From NCBI RefSeq assembly GCF_009914755.1, contig NC_060929.1: DNA of 64,000 bases, one strand, 5' to 3'. Below the pieces are notes generated by a model. The model saw only the letters and a list, made by a program, of their open reading frames with translations. It was not told the origin of the DNA and ran no database searches. Shown here piece by piece: positions 39,950-53,791 of the stretch. Within the stretch, counting starts at the first letter, position 1; the number at the start of each line of letters is the position of its first letter. The stretch is from the human T2T-CHM13v2.0 reference genome, Homo sapiens. The translations under genes and the position numbers were made by a program.

Positions 39950-41941
39950 TGTTAAAGTTACAAGCAAAGAAGTTGACTCACTGAAGTCAAACCACAACAA
40001 AATGGAGCTGGGAGAGTATAAAAGAAGGCCCTTCATGCATGGATGTCTCTAAAAGAACTATTGCAAGGACTCCCTGAAAACTACAAAAATTTTAGATACG
40101 ACGCTTCTATGAAGACATCTTCCCAGCAATAGCCAGTATCACCGATGAGTATTTGTCCATACCAAGCAATAAGCTTCTGGGGCCAAAGAGGTTTATTTTA
40201 AAATAATTTACATGAACTTCACCTTTTTTTTTCTTTATTTCTTCTTCTTCTTCAAAAAACAAACAAAAGTGATATATGTGCAGAACGTGCAGGTTTGTTA
40301 CATAGGTATACGTATGCCATGGTGGTTTGCTACACTTTTCAACCTATCATCTAAGTTCCCTCCCCTCACCCCCCAACCTCCAACAGGCCCCAGCGTGTGT
40401 TGTTTCCTTCTCTGTGTCCATTTGTTCTCAATGTTCGAATCCCACTTACGAATAAGAACATGCGGTATTTGGTTTTCTGTTCCTGTGTTAGTTTGCTGAG
40501 GATGATGGCTTCCAGTTTCATCCATGTTTCTGCAAAGGACATGCTCTCATTCCTTTTTTATAGCTGCATAGTATTCCATGGTGTATGTGTACCACATTTT
40601 CTTTATCCAGTCTAACAGTGATGGGCATTTGGGTTGGGTCCATGTCTTTGCTATTGTAAATAGTGCTGCAATAAATATATACACGTATGTTCCCTTACAG
40701 TAGAATGATTTATATTCCTTTGGGTATATACCTAGTAATGGGATTGCTGGGTCAAAAGGTATTTCTAGTTCTAGATCCTTGAGGAATGCCCATACTGTCT
40801 TCCACAATGGTTGAATTAATTCACTTTCCCACCAACAGTGTAAGAGCATTCCCATTTCTCCACATCCTCTCCAGTATTTATTGTTTCCTGACTTTTTAAT
40901 AATCTCCATTCTAATTGGCGTGAAATGGCATCTCATTGTGGTTTTGATTTGCATTTCTCTGGTGATCAGTGATGTTGAGCTTCTTTTGTATGTTTTTTGG
41001 CCACGTAAATGTCTTTTTTTGAGACGTGTCTGTTCATATCCTTTGCCCACTTTTTGATAGCGTTGTTTGTCTTTTTCTTGTAAGCATGTTTAAGTCCCTT
41101 GTAAATTCTGGATATTCGATCATTGTCAGATGGGTAGATTGCAAAAATTTTTTCCCAGTCTGTAGGTTGCTTGTTCACTTTGATGATAGTTTTTTTTTTT
41201 TTTTTTTTTTTGCTGTGCAGAAGCTCTTTAGTTTAATTAGATCCCATTGTCAATTTTGGCTTTTGTTGCAATTGCTTTTGGCATTTTTGTCATGAAGTCT
41301 TTGCCCACCCTGCCTATGTCCTGAATGTTGTTGCCTAGGTTTTCTTCTAGGGTTTTTACGGTTTGGGGTTTTACATTTAAGTCTTTAATCCATCTTGAGT
41401 TAATTTTTGTATAAGGTGTAAGGAAGGGGTCCAGTTTCAGTTTCCTGCATATGGCTAGCCAGATTTCCCACATTATTACTGAATATGAGATCCTTTCCCA
41501 TTGCTTGTTTTTGTCAGGTTTGTTGAAGATCAGGTGGTTGTAGACGTGTGGTGTATTTCTGAGGTCTATGTTCACCTTCATTGGTCTATATGTCTGTTTT
41601 GGTACCAGTTCCATGCTGTTTTGGTTACTGAGGCCCTGCAGTAATGAAGTCAGGTAGTGTGATGCCTCCAGTTTTGTTCTTTATGCTTAGGATTGTCTTG
41701 GCTATATGGGGTCTTCTTTGATTCCATATGAAATTTCAAATAGGTTTTTCTAATTCTGTGAAGAATGCCAACGGTAGTTTGATGGGGAACTTCACCTTTT
41801 ACCCTTAAAAAAGCTTCGGCTCCCCCAGCTTTTTCAAATGTGCCTATGGTTCAGTACGGTACACATATCCCAAATTGCAGTTCATTGCTCTTCCCAGATA
41901 AACTATTTTGAAAAGTCAGTCTCTCTGCTGTTTATTTTAAT
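39950..41941 (+). mobile_element. Right LTR of the ERV1 provirus, split by L1PA
   Basis: Follows the PPT and starts TGT; homologous to 28686-29481 on both sides of the L1 (e.g. CAAATTGCA.TT.A.TGCT.TT.C, AGTCAGT.TCTCTG.TGTTT). Confidence 0.85.
40228..41786 (-). mobile_element. L1PA (PA8-like), 5'-truncated, ~1.56 kb
   Basis: ORF2 C-terminal peptides in ORFs 40547-41050, 40966-41178 and 41237-41614; perfect TSD GAACTTCACCTTTT at 40214-40227 and 41787-41800. Confidence 0.95.
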
Positions 41942-43059
41942 AATTTTTAATAGAAGTACATCTTTCTTAAAAGCATAGCAAAAATTTTAAGTACATTCAC
42001 AATAATAATAATTAGGAAACAAATGATCATTGCTTTGATTTTAAGAATTATTAATTTCTTTAATTTTTCAAGTTGAAATATAGAACATGTTTTATTTAGT
42101 TACCAATTTATTTCTGTATTTTTCATGAAACAATTTACTTTGGTAAGAAATTTCAAGGAATCTGTGGCATAAATACATATTTGGTCAATGTTCCTTGACC
42201 CAAAGTATTAAGGCTGGGTTGTATTTAATTCAGTGACTAAGTAATTTAGTCAGGTTATTCAATAAATTAATGAGGTAATAATCTATAAATTGTTATAATC
42301 TGTAAATCTATAAATCATATGTAAAATTGTATTATAAAAAGCAAATGAGTCTTTCTAACAATAGCTAGTTCCGACAATAAAATAACTTCACTTTTAGTTA
42401 GCAAGCCCGTATTACATTTCTAAATATTGAAGTCTGTGCAGTAGTTAATGAACTTTTAGTCAATTATTGAGAAAAAAACTTTTAGTACAGTAGAAGATAT
42501 AAAAAACATGATTGAGCTCAATTTCTCTTTTTTAAAAAATCACTGATTTCTTGGTCAAACTTTTGCTTCTTTTGGAACTTTTGAACTTTGTGGCCATGTG
42601 AAATGGCACTCTGAAACTTCTAGTAGACTCAAATTGAGGTAACTTTCTTGCTCACGACAATTTTATGTCCGGTTTCTAATATAAGCCATTATTTCTAACA
42701 CATGCCATGGTTCCATGTTTGAACTAATGTTAATACCACCTGCCCCTACATGACTGAGTCTGAGCACATCCCTGGGCCACATCAAGCACCATGGCAGATT
42801 AATCATTCCTTATGGTTTTAACAGGCAAGCTGGGGAAAAAAAATAACTGTCTCCTCCAACTTTGGTTATGCGTGAGTTTCTTACCTTTTAATGGTGAAAA
42901 ATAAACTTATCTGTCATAGGAGAAAATAACATTACACTCATATGGAAGCAGAGGTGAGAAGTGAAGCCTTAGTAGTGATGTCATCGTTGCCAATTACTGA
43001 AGCCAGGAAGTTAGGAATCATCAGTCTTTTTCTTTTGAATTAATGTGACAGTAGTCGAG

Positions 43060-43200
43060 AGAGAGAAAAAAGTAGGCATGCTGTATGTTATTTAGAGGAT
43101 AAGATCTATAGATTTGAAATTGATTTGGCATAAACCCACAGGAAAGTGAAGAATCAAGCATGTATTCTAAGCTTCTGGCTTGAGCAAGTGAGCAATCAGC
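43060..43200 (-). mobile_element. L2 fragment
   Basis: GAAGAATCAAGCATGTATTCTAAGCTTCTGGCTTGAGCAAGTG. Confidence 0.6.
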
Positions 43201-45301
43201 AACATCAGCCCTATGACCTACTAGATTTTTACTGAGGTATACTTTGTAATGTAATAGCTGTGAGAAACTGAATATCATTGAAATTTAGAAAAGGTTATGA
43301 CAATGTCATTGGGTTAATAGATAGCCTTTTCTTACAAAGATTTGTAAAAAATGAGAGGCCCTAGACATTTGCTGTGTATATTATGCATAAAAATACCACC
43401 TCCAGTGAATTCGTTTGGAAAAGAAACTCAAAGCAAGGCCAGACAAAGGAAACAAAAAGAAAAGAAACGAAAGGGAAAGGACAGGGAAGAAAAGGCAAGA
43501 AAAAACAAGACAGACAAAAAATTGGAAAAATATGACAGAGAGAGCAAGAATTGTATATATCATAATTTTATAATATTTTAAATTTATAAAATTATTTTTT
43601 GACTTTTTTTAATTCAAGAAGACCCTGGATATAAGTCCATCAGTATATAAATAATTGCTAAGAACTGGGACTAAATTTTAAATAAACTACACTGTTGAAA
43701 AAGCCAATATTTTCAAGAAAATTGACCAAAAGGTATCCTTGTCTTCATTTCCACTGACATCTTATGACTGCCATATTTTTTCAGCTATGGCTCTTTTTCT
43801 ACCAATGGCATGTCACAAAAATGTGTGAACCTCTGGTCACTCTAATTAGTCATACCAATATTGCATAATTTTACCTCAGAATGTTTTTTCCAACTACATT
43901 CTTTCTCCAGGGGCATTTATATTCAATGTTTTTTCCAGGGGCATTTACATTCTGAATACCGTGCCTCAAAGTCAAACTGGTTAGCATTACAATCTTGTCT
44001 GGTATTATATATGCATTTATTAATGTACAAATTGACCTCATAAATAGAATATATTTGTCAGGAGTTTTAGGTCTTGTGTTCCCAACACCTAACAATAGAT
44101 ACTTGTTGAATAAATTATGAAAGGGAAAAATAATTTTTAAGAAATTTTGAAAACTTAAAAAGGAAACAAAGGTGCCACAATGGAAACAAAATTTCACTTT
44201 TTTTTCTCTGAGTTTAGAGTAAATCTCAGATTCAAACACATCTGAGGATGTACAATTATCAATTATGTAATTCCAAGGGAAAGTAATTTGTACTTACAGG
44301 TTAGATATGATAATCAATTCACTTAATTCTACTCGTTTCCTTTAAAAAAAAAAAAAAGAGGCTGTCAGAAATAATACATCACAGTAAAACCTCCTATCAA
44401 ACAAGAAAAGATTGTATTTGGGAAAACATTTTCATAGACCTAAATTGAGTAATGTTTCCAACTTACATTTCACCAGTTAAGCTTCCCATTAGAAAATGTG
44501 TTTGTATGACACCAGTTCCACTTGCATTTTTTTCCCATAGGTTTCCCAGCAGACGTTTACAATCCTTTAGTGATGTTATAGCCAGAATTGTATTAGGTAA
44601 TAATATAAAATCCCTAAATTTTATGTACAAACCTTCACTGATATTTTTAGTTATCATGAAAGAATCCTTGTATTTATTTCTATTCTAATTCTCCTCATGT
44701 CATTGGTATTTTATATGTATTCATTGTAAACATGTGTTGAATGTTCTAAATTTATACAAGCAAAACAATGTACATATTCTAGAGCTTAATATTTTCCCTC
44801 TCCCTGTTTTTTTTTCCGTGGCTTTCTCTTGCTTTCACTATTGCAAACTCTGACCCTGAGAGGCAAGAGTCGTGACCATTTAGTAAGATGTATCGTTGAG
44901 TATCATAAAATAGTTGGATAGTCTGCTATTTTTTTATAGTAGCAAAAATAGAATGTTCATATGCTTGCCCACGATTTTTATACATTTTTAAATTTGTCTA
45001 CCACATGCCTAAATTTACCAAATTAAGTCCGTGTATATAAAACATTTGCACAAATGTTACTCAAGTTGTCTGAAATAAAAATACATGTATTTTGCAATTT
45101 AGAGCACATGACACTAAAGATGTATAGCTCCGTTAACTCACCTTCTGAACAAATTTCAGCAAGAAATTTCAGAATGAATATAAAAAAGTTAAGAAATATT
45201 CTAATATATAGTAGCTGAAAAGTTTACAGAAGTAAAGAAGAAAGACACAAATTAGTAGATTCTGAAGAATTATCTATACGAACCCATAACTATTCTCTTT
45301 A

Positions 45302-45389
45302 TTTTGGATATTCTATTGTTTCCTTATAATTTGTTTATAAGTTTCCTTATAAATAAACAAATTATAAGGAAACAGTGGAATATCCAAAA
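45302..45389. repeat. 88-bp inverted repeat (37-bp arms, 14-nt loop)
   Basis: 45302-45338 versus the reverse complement of 45353-45389: 35/37 identical. Confidence 0.95.
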
Positions 45390-45439
45390 CAGAATATGCA
45401 AGCCAATTAACAATCACCATTTTTACCAACAAAAATATT

Positions 45440-46130
45440 GAAAGTCAGAAAATTGTGGAATATCTTTGAAGTGCTAATAAATGATAATGGCAAATCTAGA
45501 ATTTTATGTCAATTAGATTTAGAATTCAAGAGCAGATCAAAATAGAGACATCTTCAGACAATCCAAAAACTGAGAGTTTACTACCAAGAATAGTAACTTT
45601 TACAGTATGTACCATAGAATAAAGGATAATTAACTGGATGTAAATTCCAAAATATTAGAAGAAGAAAGGATGTGAAAAAACATATATAAGCAGTCACAAT
45701 TTTATTTAACAAACACACCAACAATATGTGATTTGTGGGAATAAGAAAAACAACATGAATATAAAATAATGAACAATTTGTAGCAAATATTTTTAAATAA
45801 TTGCAATTAAAGAGCCCTAAGACTTTGTATTGTTTGGGCTTGGTGTTAGTAAACTTTATATTTTATGTTAATAATGTTTATTAGAATATCAAAATTGCCT
45901 AGCAAAAGAAAACTGATAATGTGAATAATTTCCAAAATAAAAGAGATAAGTTACAAAAAATGTTAAAGTAAACAAATGCAAAACAAGGCAAAAAAAAAAA
46001 AAAATCAAAGTGAGAAAGACCAGCAAAGTGAATAAAAGGAAGAAAATATGACTTTAAATATAAAAAAATAAATAAATGAAAACCTAAAAAATAACATGCA
46101 AGTTGCCAAAAGAAAACGATTTACTTGACT
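45440..46130 (+). mobile_element. Ancient L1 ORF1-end fragment
   Basis: TGGAATATCTTTGAAGTGCT...AATCTAGAATTTTATGTC...ACATCTTCAGACAATCCAAAAACTGAGAGTTTACTACC; A-rich. Confidence 0.55.
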
Positions 46131-46914
46131 GAATAAAGGTCGTTAAAGGATTTCTTCAGCTGGTGAGCACCAGGCAAACCTGAAGACTAGGTGGTTCCAG
46201 ACTGAAGTAGGATCAGGCGTCTAACAGAAGTCTGTGGAGTATGCCTGGTTTAGGCTGGACAGATATTTTCTGCTTTAACTGAAGTTGAGTTTAGGTTTTT
46301 GGGTTCTTTTCTGTTTGTTTTTGTTTTATCTGTTTATGTTCCACTTTCAGAGTCTCATTATCCATCAGAACAATATTATATGAGAACAGTCTTTGCAGTT
46401 GATGGGCTAACCACGTTCCCTGGGTGGGGCAGGGGAAGTAGACAAGAATAGGAATGAAGTGGATGTAAAGGAAGAAGGCAAGGGGCGGGGGATTATTACC
46501 CTCTAGTATGTTTGTTTTAATCGCTTTACACGGTTACTAGTTTTCAAATTTACTAAATATTTTATATGATTCAAATCATTAACTGAGAAATTTCTTTCAA
46601 ATTCAGTGCTCTTTGCAAAGTACTGGCTAGATGTTGGAATCCAAAAATGAACTGTGAAAAAAGGCCCGTGTCCTCAGGAACTTATGTTCAGAAGAAATGG
46701 AAAAACAAAATTAAATAAGTGGATAAATACATGTGTGTTGTTTTACTAAGACCTTATTTATTAAATATTTTGCTAAGCCTATAATATTAAATCAGCTATT
46801 TATATATCTCTATATAACAATGGTTCTAGAGTCAGGAGGTTAACCTTGTGGATTCCTCAGTGACCTTGAGTAATCACTCAACCAAAATACATTTGTATTT
46901 AAATACGAACATAA

Positions 46915-46997
46915 GTTCGAACATTACGTTGTTACCCTAGCCACTTCACAAAATACGTTCGAACACTAGGTTGTTACCCTAGACACTTCACAAAATA
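46915..46997. repeat. 42-bp tandem duplication
   Basis: GTTCGAACA.TA.GTTGTTACCCTAG.CACTTCACAAAATA twice. Confidence 0.9.
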
Positions 46998-47353
46998 TTT
47001 GAAAAACACATGGATAGACAATTTGATGATTCTATAAATCTGGTAAATGAATTAGAAATATTATAAAAGGTTTTTCTGAGAGGATACCATCGAGCAAAAA
47101 GAAAATGACTAGCATTTGACACTATGTAACTTTAAATCTATATTTCAGGGACCTCTGTCACTTTCTTGGGGAATTGAATCACCTATTCCTACTTAGCAGC
47201 ATGAAAATGAGTTGAATCTCCAGGTTATAGCATTTGAAGGCATGCCTGAGAGGAGCAGATTCAAAAATCAACAGGTGGTTGATGTTTTCTGTGGGGAGCA
47301 TTCCTGCCTCAGTCCTGCTGCTGTGACCCATTCCTAAACAGCTTTGGGGTCTA

Positions 47354-47712
47354 CAGTCCCCCTTGGTACCTGCTGGGGATTTGTTCCAGGACCACCACCA
47401 ATCCTACCACCATCATCCCTTCATAGCAAAAGCCAGAGATGCTCAAGTTTCTTATATAAAATGGCCTAGTATTTGCATATAACTTACACACACCCTCTTG
47501 TATACTTTCTATCATTTCCAGATTACTTACATTAATAATACTGAATACAATATAAATGCTATGCACATAATTGTTATAAGGATTGTTTTTTATTTGCATT
47601 GTTTTATTGTTGTATTTCTTTTTAAAAATTATTTTTGGTATTTCTTTTAACAAATATGTTTGATTCATGGTTAGTTAAATCCACCCACAATGGGGGTATG
47701 GAGGGTCAGCTG
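47354..47712. mobile_element. MER2 (TcMar-Tigger) DNA transposon
   Basis: TA-CAGTCCCCCTTGGTACCTG...GGTATGGAGGGTCAGCTG-TA; internal GATGCTCAAGTTTCTTATATAAAATGG..TAGTATTTGCATATAAC. Confidence 0.88.
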
Positions 47713-50700
47713 TATTCAGGAATTTGCATTAACAGACTTAAGAGCCTAGTAGATTCTTTGCTTAAATGAACTCTGTGCAGACACAGCATTCAACATTTCT
47801 ATTTTGATACTTTAAGCAGACTGCAGTGTTTGACAAGCTATTTCAGTAATATGCAATAATCTTTACAAAATAGACATAGATGTTCTGTGACCCCAAATTC
47901 TCTGAAACTCTAAACTCAATTATTGAATCTATAGTGGTGTTTCTGATCAGATTACAAGATGAAGGAAGCAATGGAACTTGGCCTAATGTAATGAAAAATA
48001 TTGCTATCTCTCCACTGATTATTTTGGATGATGGGAGAGCTGTATAGCCATTTAACTAAAGAGGAATCCTTTCAGGAACTACTCTGAAGTACTTTAAGAG
48101 ATGGAGTTGCTGAAGAAAAAAGATTGAAAACAATTGGCTTAGCTGTTCAGAGCATGGCAAGAATGTAACTATAATCTGTCATTGTGTGGGCAGACAGATG
48201 GCCTGAAAATTGAATAAATTGGAAATCACTGGAAGGCAGCTATTTTGTCCTTGAGTGCATTAGGTATCTTGGAAAAATGTTATTAAATGGTGAACAATTG
48301 CTATCGAAAAGTTTCTAGTTGTTTGGAACATAGAGTTACATAAAGTCAAGATTCTATTATTATTCTAATAATAGATAAAATCCGAATGTAAAGAAAATGT
48401 TTCCTATGAACTATGTAATTTAATTCTTATCAGAGCAATACTTTAAACAATTATTTGATTAGCCTGTGTTTGTGAATGTATATAAAGTAAGCAATAACCT
48501 TATTTTCTCCTCTTTGTAATTTAATTCATTAGAAATTGAGAATCTCAGACTTCTCTCCAGCCCTATTAAATCTGCATCTTCATTTCCAGGTCACTCATAC
48601 ACTGTTTAACTTTGAGAAGCACTGTTGTATATTGTCTTGAGAGTCCACACTATGAAATAAATTGGCCCTTATTTACTCCTCAATTGAAATTCTTCAGACT
48701 TTCTTAAAGTTTCTAAATAAGTCCCAGTTAGTGGAAATGAACTGAATTTAGTTTAATTTTTTTTATCATGCATTGCTGTCCAAAAGAAGAAAGCTTATTT
48801 CTGCCAACTTCTTCTTATCCTCAACTTCCAACCACTGTCACGTCTGTCTTCTTTCTTTTTAATATTTTCAGGTGAATTAGAGGTTTGTCAACCGTAAGAA
48901 TGAAATATATGGTTTATGGCCTATTTTTATGTAACTGGTCATTCTGAGATCTGGAAAACACTACCTGTGTTTATCTGCAACTAAAATCTAGACACCTGAG
49001 CCTACACTGCATAGCGAAACAGGTCACTAGAAAAACACAAGCAATTTAGAAAGGCTTTTAATATTGAACAGTTGCATTTTGTTTCTATTCATGTCTATCG
49101 CTTTCTCTTTTTTATTCTAAATTGCTTTATTATATTCTATATTTAATATTCTATCATTAACATGTCAATAACAGTCAATAATAATTGAGGACTCAGGTTT
49201 TGTCAATACACTGATTTATAATTAGTACAATATGTTATGAGTTTCCTTCGCACATTAATATTATCAGCTCTTCATTTTTTGTTGTTCACAATATATCTTC
49301 AACTACCTTTTTATTTTTAGGCAATGTACATATTACAATTTAAGAATAACATCTTCTTTGTTAAATATTTATTTCCACCCCTTTTCAGAAAATTAGATGG
49401 TTTACATTTATTGTTAGAAATAATATAAAGCTTTTCTGGTTTTGTGCTTCTAAATAATATTATTAATATATTCTTTTGTAATTACAAAAGCTCCTTGTTT
49501 TTGTTTTGTAATTCCTTTCTCAATAAAATAGAGCTGCAAATATTTTGTTCCTTTAAATATTTCAAATAAATAATTTTCATTTATAATAAAAAATATAAAA
49601 TATGCCAAAGAATTTATTATTTCAAAAAATATGTCATTCACCAATTTGCTTTTAGATTTGTGAATACAGTCTCATTTTATTTTAATACTTTAATCATAGA
49701 TCTTAACTTTTTTATAATTAATTTTAATTTGTATTTAACATGGTAATAATATTTTTACTTAATTTTATATTGTTGGGTTAGTAGTCACTGTTAGTACACA
49801 TAACTATTTTACTTTTTCAACATGTAATTTTCATTAATCTTATTCAGATAAAGTTCATTTTCACTATTTTTCTTCAATTGGAAATATTTCATATTTTAAA
49901 GACTTCCATTCCTAACAAATGTGGAATACAACATTTTTAGCTCAAAATATTTTTCAAAACAAAACAGAATTTTTCCAGTCTTCACATATAAAACTAAAGC
50001 AACAAGCTCAAGTCTATCCAGACATTTTATACTTCAGAAACGAAAATACTAATCTTACGTGTTTATGGCGGATGTTTTTCTTATAATTTTAGTTAAAAAA
50101 TATTTGTAGAAGGTTTTTATAGTAATATAGTCAGAAAATTAGTCTGCATTTTTACCTACAAATTAAGCAGTATTTTAAAAATTAGCTCAGGAAATTTTAT
50201 TTTATATTGTATTTTAGTCTGCATTTGAATGATATTTAAATTCTTAGATTTTCACTTTAGATGTGGGAACTCCGGTGCTTAATTCTATCCTCTTTAATTT
50301 TATATCTGTGATTTCTTCTGCTTTGTTTTCAGTTCTATTTTTTTCCTGCACTGCAAAAGAGTTTCTAAAGATTGTATTTAATATTACAAGCTTCATTTAG
50401 TGCTCTATCATTTGGCATTTACATTTTTACATAGTTTTAAAATTATATATATTTCTTTGTATTTTTTATCTAATTTTATACAATTTTAAAAATCATGCAC
50501 CTCTAATATCTATTGACTAGGTTTAGCTTTCATTTCAGAGATAACATCAATAGTGAAAAATATTATCTTAAATGCAAAGATATTCATTATTTAAAAATTG
50601 ATCAATGACATTCACTAAATTATCACAGGGACGAAAACATAAAATGATCATCTGTAGAGATGCAGAAAAATAATTTGACAAAATTCAGCACTGATTTATA

Positions 50701-51049
50701 AGAATTATCAGCAAAATAAGAACAGAAATGAAAATTGACCAACAACCAGAAATGACAGCAACAACAAAATACCAAGTCAGTAAAGATGGAGAGAAATAGG
50801 GAAGCAGTGAAGGTAGATGTCATTTCTGTTTTTAGTGGTGGAGTACAAGGTGTTCTTGTGCTTGAAGGTCATGTTCTTGTGATAAAACGCACTGCAGAGA
50901 CAACACAGTTTAATTGGCTGAGGCAGGTGACTCCCTTTAAGCATCAGGGTGGAACAAACTACACGACAAAATGTAATTTTAAAGACCACTCTCATTCAAA
51001 TGTAATAATATCAAAGCACCCTTAACTCATTAATGAGTGAAACAATGAG

Positions 51050-51531
51050 TGTCATGGTCTGAACTGTGTTCCCCTCCCCAAACCCGTATGTTCAAGCCCT
51101 AACCCCTAGTTATACACATAAGGTAAATGAAACCTCATTTGGACACAAAGTTTTTGCAGATGTAATCAAGCTAAAATTATGTCTGTAGGTGGGACTTAAA
51201 ATAACATGGGTTGTCTTTATAAGAAGAGGGAACAGAAACAGATAGGATGTGGAGAGGACCATGTGAAGAGAGAAGCTGAGACTGAAAAGGATTTATGTAT
51301 TAATATTGACAGAAGCCAAGGAACACCATCTGAAGTTCTGATGGCAACATCAGAAGCTAAGAGAAAGGCATGGAAAAGATTCTCACCTAGAGCATCCAGA
51401 GGAGAGGTTGGTCCTGCAGACACCTTGTTTTCTGACCTCTGACCTCCGCAACTGTGAGGGAAGAAATTTCTGTTGCTTAAAGACACACAGCTTGTGGTAC
51501 TTCATTATAGCAGCCCAAGGTAACTAATATA
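51050..51531 (+). mobile_element. MLT1C-like MaLR LTR (short internal-like stub follows)
   Basis: TTTGCAGATGTAATCAAG, AAGCCAAGGAACACC, AACTGTGAGGGAAGAAATTTCTGTTG, GCAGCCCAAGGTAACTAATA. Confidence 0.88.
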
Positions 51532-52054
51532 GATGACAAAATTGGTTCCAAGGGTGTTTGAGGAACTGGACCTTTATAGGCATTATTTTCATAATACTGC
51601 ATTAAGCTATGATAACTGGACTAGATTCAAAATTGGATAATGCCCTAAATGCAATAAAGCTATAATTTTGAGATAAAATTTTAATAGCTTTATGAGATAT
51701 AATTAACATCTGGTATACTGCACATTTTTGAGGTGTGAAATTTTTAAACATTAACATACGTATATACTTGTAAAACCATCACACTAGAAAGAGATCTCAA
51801 GCCTCTTCTTTTGACTTTCAACACATTGTCAATCCAGTACTAATCTGGTTTTATTACCATATATTAGCTTTTATTTTCTACAATTATATATCAGTAGAAT
51901 TATAGAGTATGAATTCTTTTTGTCTTTTTTCCTTAAGCATAATATTTTTGAGATTCAACAATTTCTTGCATGTTGAAGTAGCACCTTTTTTTATTGTTAC
52001 GTATTATTTCATTTCATAGACATACCACTATAATTTATTTACTAAACTCTTGAC

Positions 52055-52244
52055 CAGAGGTTCTCAAATGAGGGACATTTTACCTGCCGGGGACATTTCC
52101 AATGTTTGGGGACACTTTTGGTTATCAGAGGTTTGTGGAGGAGGGGATAGAGTGTCCACAGGCCAGGGTTCCACAAAGGATAGCTCCCCACAACAAAGAA
52201 TTAAGCCACTTCAACAGCTAATAGTGCTGAACTTGAGAACGCCG
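52055..52244. mobile_element. MER20 hAT DNA transposon
   Basis: CAGAGGTTCTCAA...CCCCACAACAAAGAATTA...AATAGTGCTGAACTTGAGAA; 8-bp TSD-like CTCTTGAC/CTCTTGGT. Confidence 0.85.
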
Positions 52245-53370
52245 CTCTTGGTGGACAGTTGCATGGTGTCTGTTTTTGACAATAATGAATAAAGGTACTT
52301 GTGCAAGCCTTTTTACAGACTTATGCTTTTCTCCCCCCTAGGATAAATGCCTAGGGGTAGAATTGGTACATGTAAGGTAGATTTAGTTATCCAAAGTAGC
52401 TGTACTGTGTTACACTCCCACCGTCGATGTATGCAAACTCTAGAGTCTGGTTTCTTGACATCTATGCCAAATATTGGTAACACAATTTTTAAAATAGTAG
52501 CTTTTCTAGTAGATGTGTATAATTATCTCATTTTATTTTTTATTACTAACGATATTAAGAAATTTTTCATTTGCTTATTTGCTATTATATCATTTTTGTG
52601 TAGCATCTGTTAGTTTTTATAGCTCTCGTTTCTATGTTGTACATTATATTTATATATTCTTGCTCTTATTCATAATAAATAGTATATATAATTGTGTAAT
52701 TAAAAATAAACATTAAAGTATAAATATATTTACACATTTCTGTAGTTTATCATTATATAATTATTGCTTTCTGAATAAAAAGAAATGTATCCACAGTTTG
52801 GATAAAAAGAAGTGCTTTCATGTAGTTTACTAAGACATTTTCTGTGCTTTATATTTGAAGCCTATGCTTTCACTTTTACACATTGTTCCATAATATATTT
52901 TGGACTCCTTTAATTTTGAACTCATTCACGCTTTTGTTGTGAGGAAGGACTTGAGGTTTGTTTTCTTCACATTTATCTCGTAGTTCTGCACACTTTGTTA
53001 AATAAAATTATCTTTCCCCTTTGAATAACTGCAGTATCTTTGATATTATATTATTCATATAAGCATGGATCTATTTGTGAACTCTATTCCATTCCATTAC
53101 TCTAATTGTTTATCCATCTACTAATAACACATTCTCTCGATGACTATAGCTTTAAGTTATTGCATGGTGTTAGGAAGTGTGAGTATTCCAACTTTTTTTT
53201 CAGCTTTCTATCATTTGTTTTTGCTCTCTTGATGTACATTTTTAAATCAGTGTGTCAATTTATATAAAAATATCTTTTGTGATTATGGTGAGGATTTCTA
53301 GAATGATTAATTTGGAAAAACCAAAACCTTTTACACACTAAAATTCACTGAACTTTCAAGCCATGATTAT

Positions 53371-53791
53371 TGTATTAGTTTGTTCCGGCATTGCTATAGA
53401 GAAATACAGAAGATTCGACAATTTATGAAGAAAAGAGGTTTAATTGCCCCACTGTTCTGCAGGCTATACAGGAAGGATGATGCTGGCATCTACTTAGCTT
53501 CTGGGAAGACTCAGGAAACGCACAATCATGGCAGAAAGCAAAGGGGGACAGGCACGTCACATGGCCAGAACAGCAAGAGAGTGAAAGGGGAAGCTGCTAC
53601 ACACTTTTAAATGACCAGATCTCATGAGAACTCACTCACTCACTATTATGAGAACAGTATCAAGAGGGATGATGCTGAACCACTCATGAGAAATCCACCC
53701 CATGATCCAATCACCTCCCATCAGGCCTCACCTCTAACATTGGAGATTACATCATACCAGATTTGGGCAGGGACACACATCAAAACCATCA
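53371..53791 (-). mobile_element. MSTB-like MaLR solo LTR
   Basis: TGTATTAG...CAAAACCATCA; perfect 5-bp TSD ATTAT. Confidence 0.9.

Noticed and set aside
40547-41614. ORFs with real protein homology (L1 ORF2 C-terminus)
   Set aside because: Frameshifted pieces of a 5'-truncated L1PA, not a host gene.
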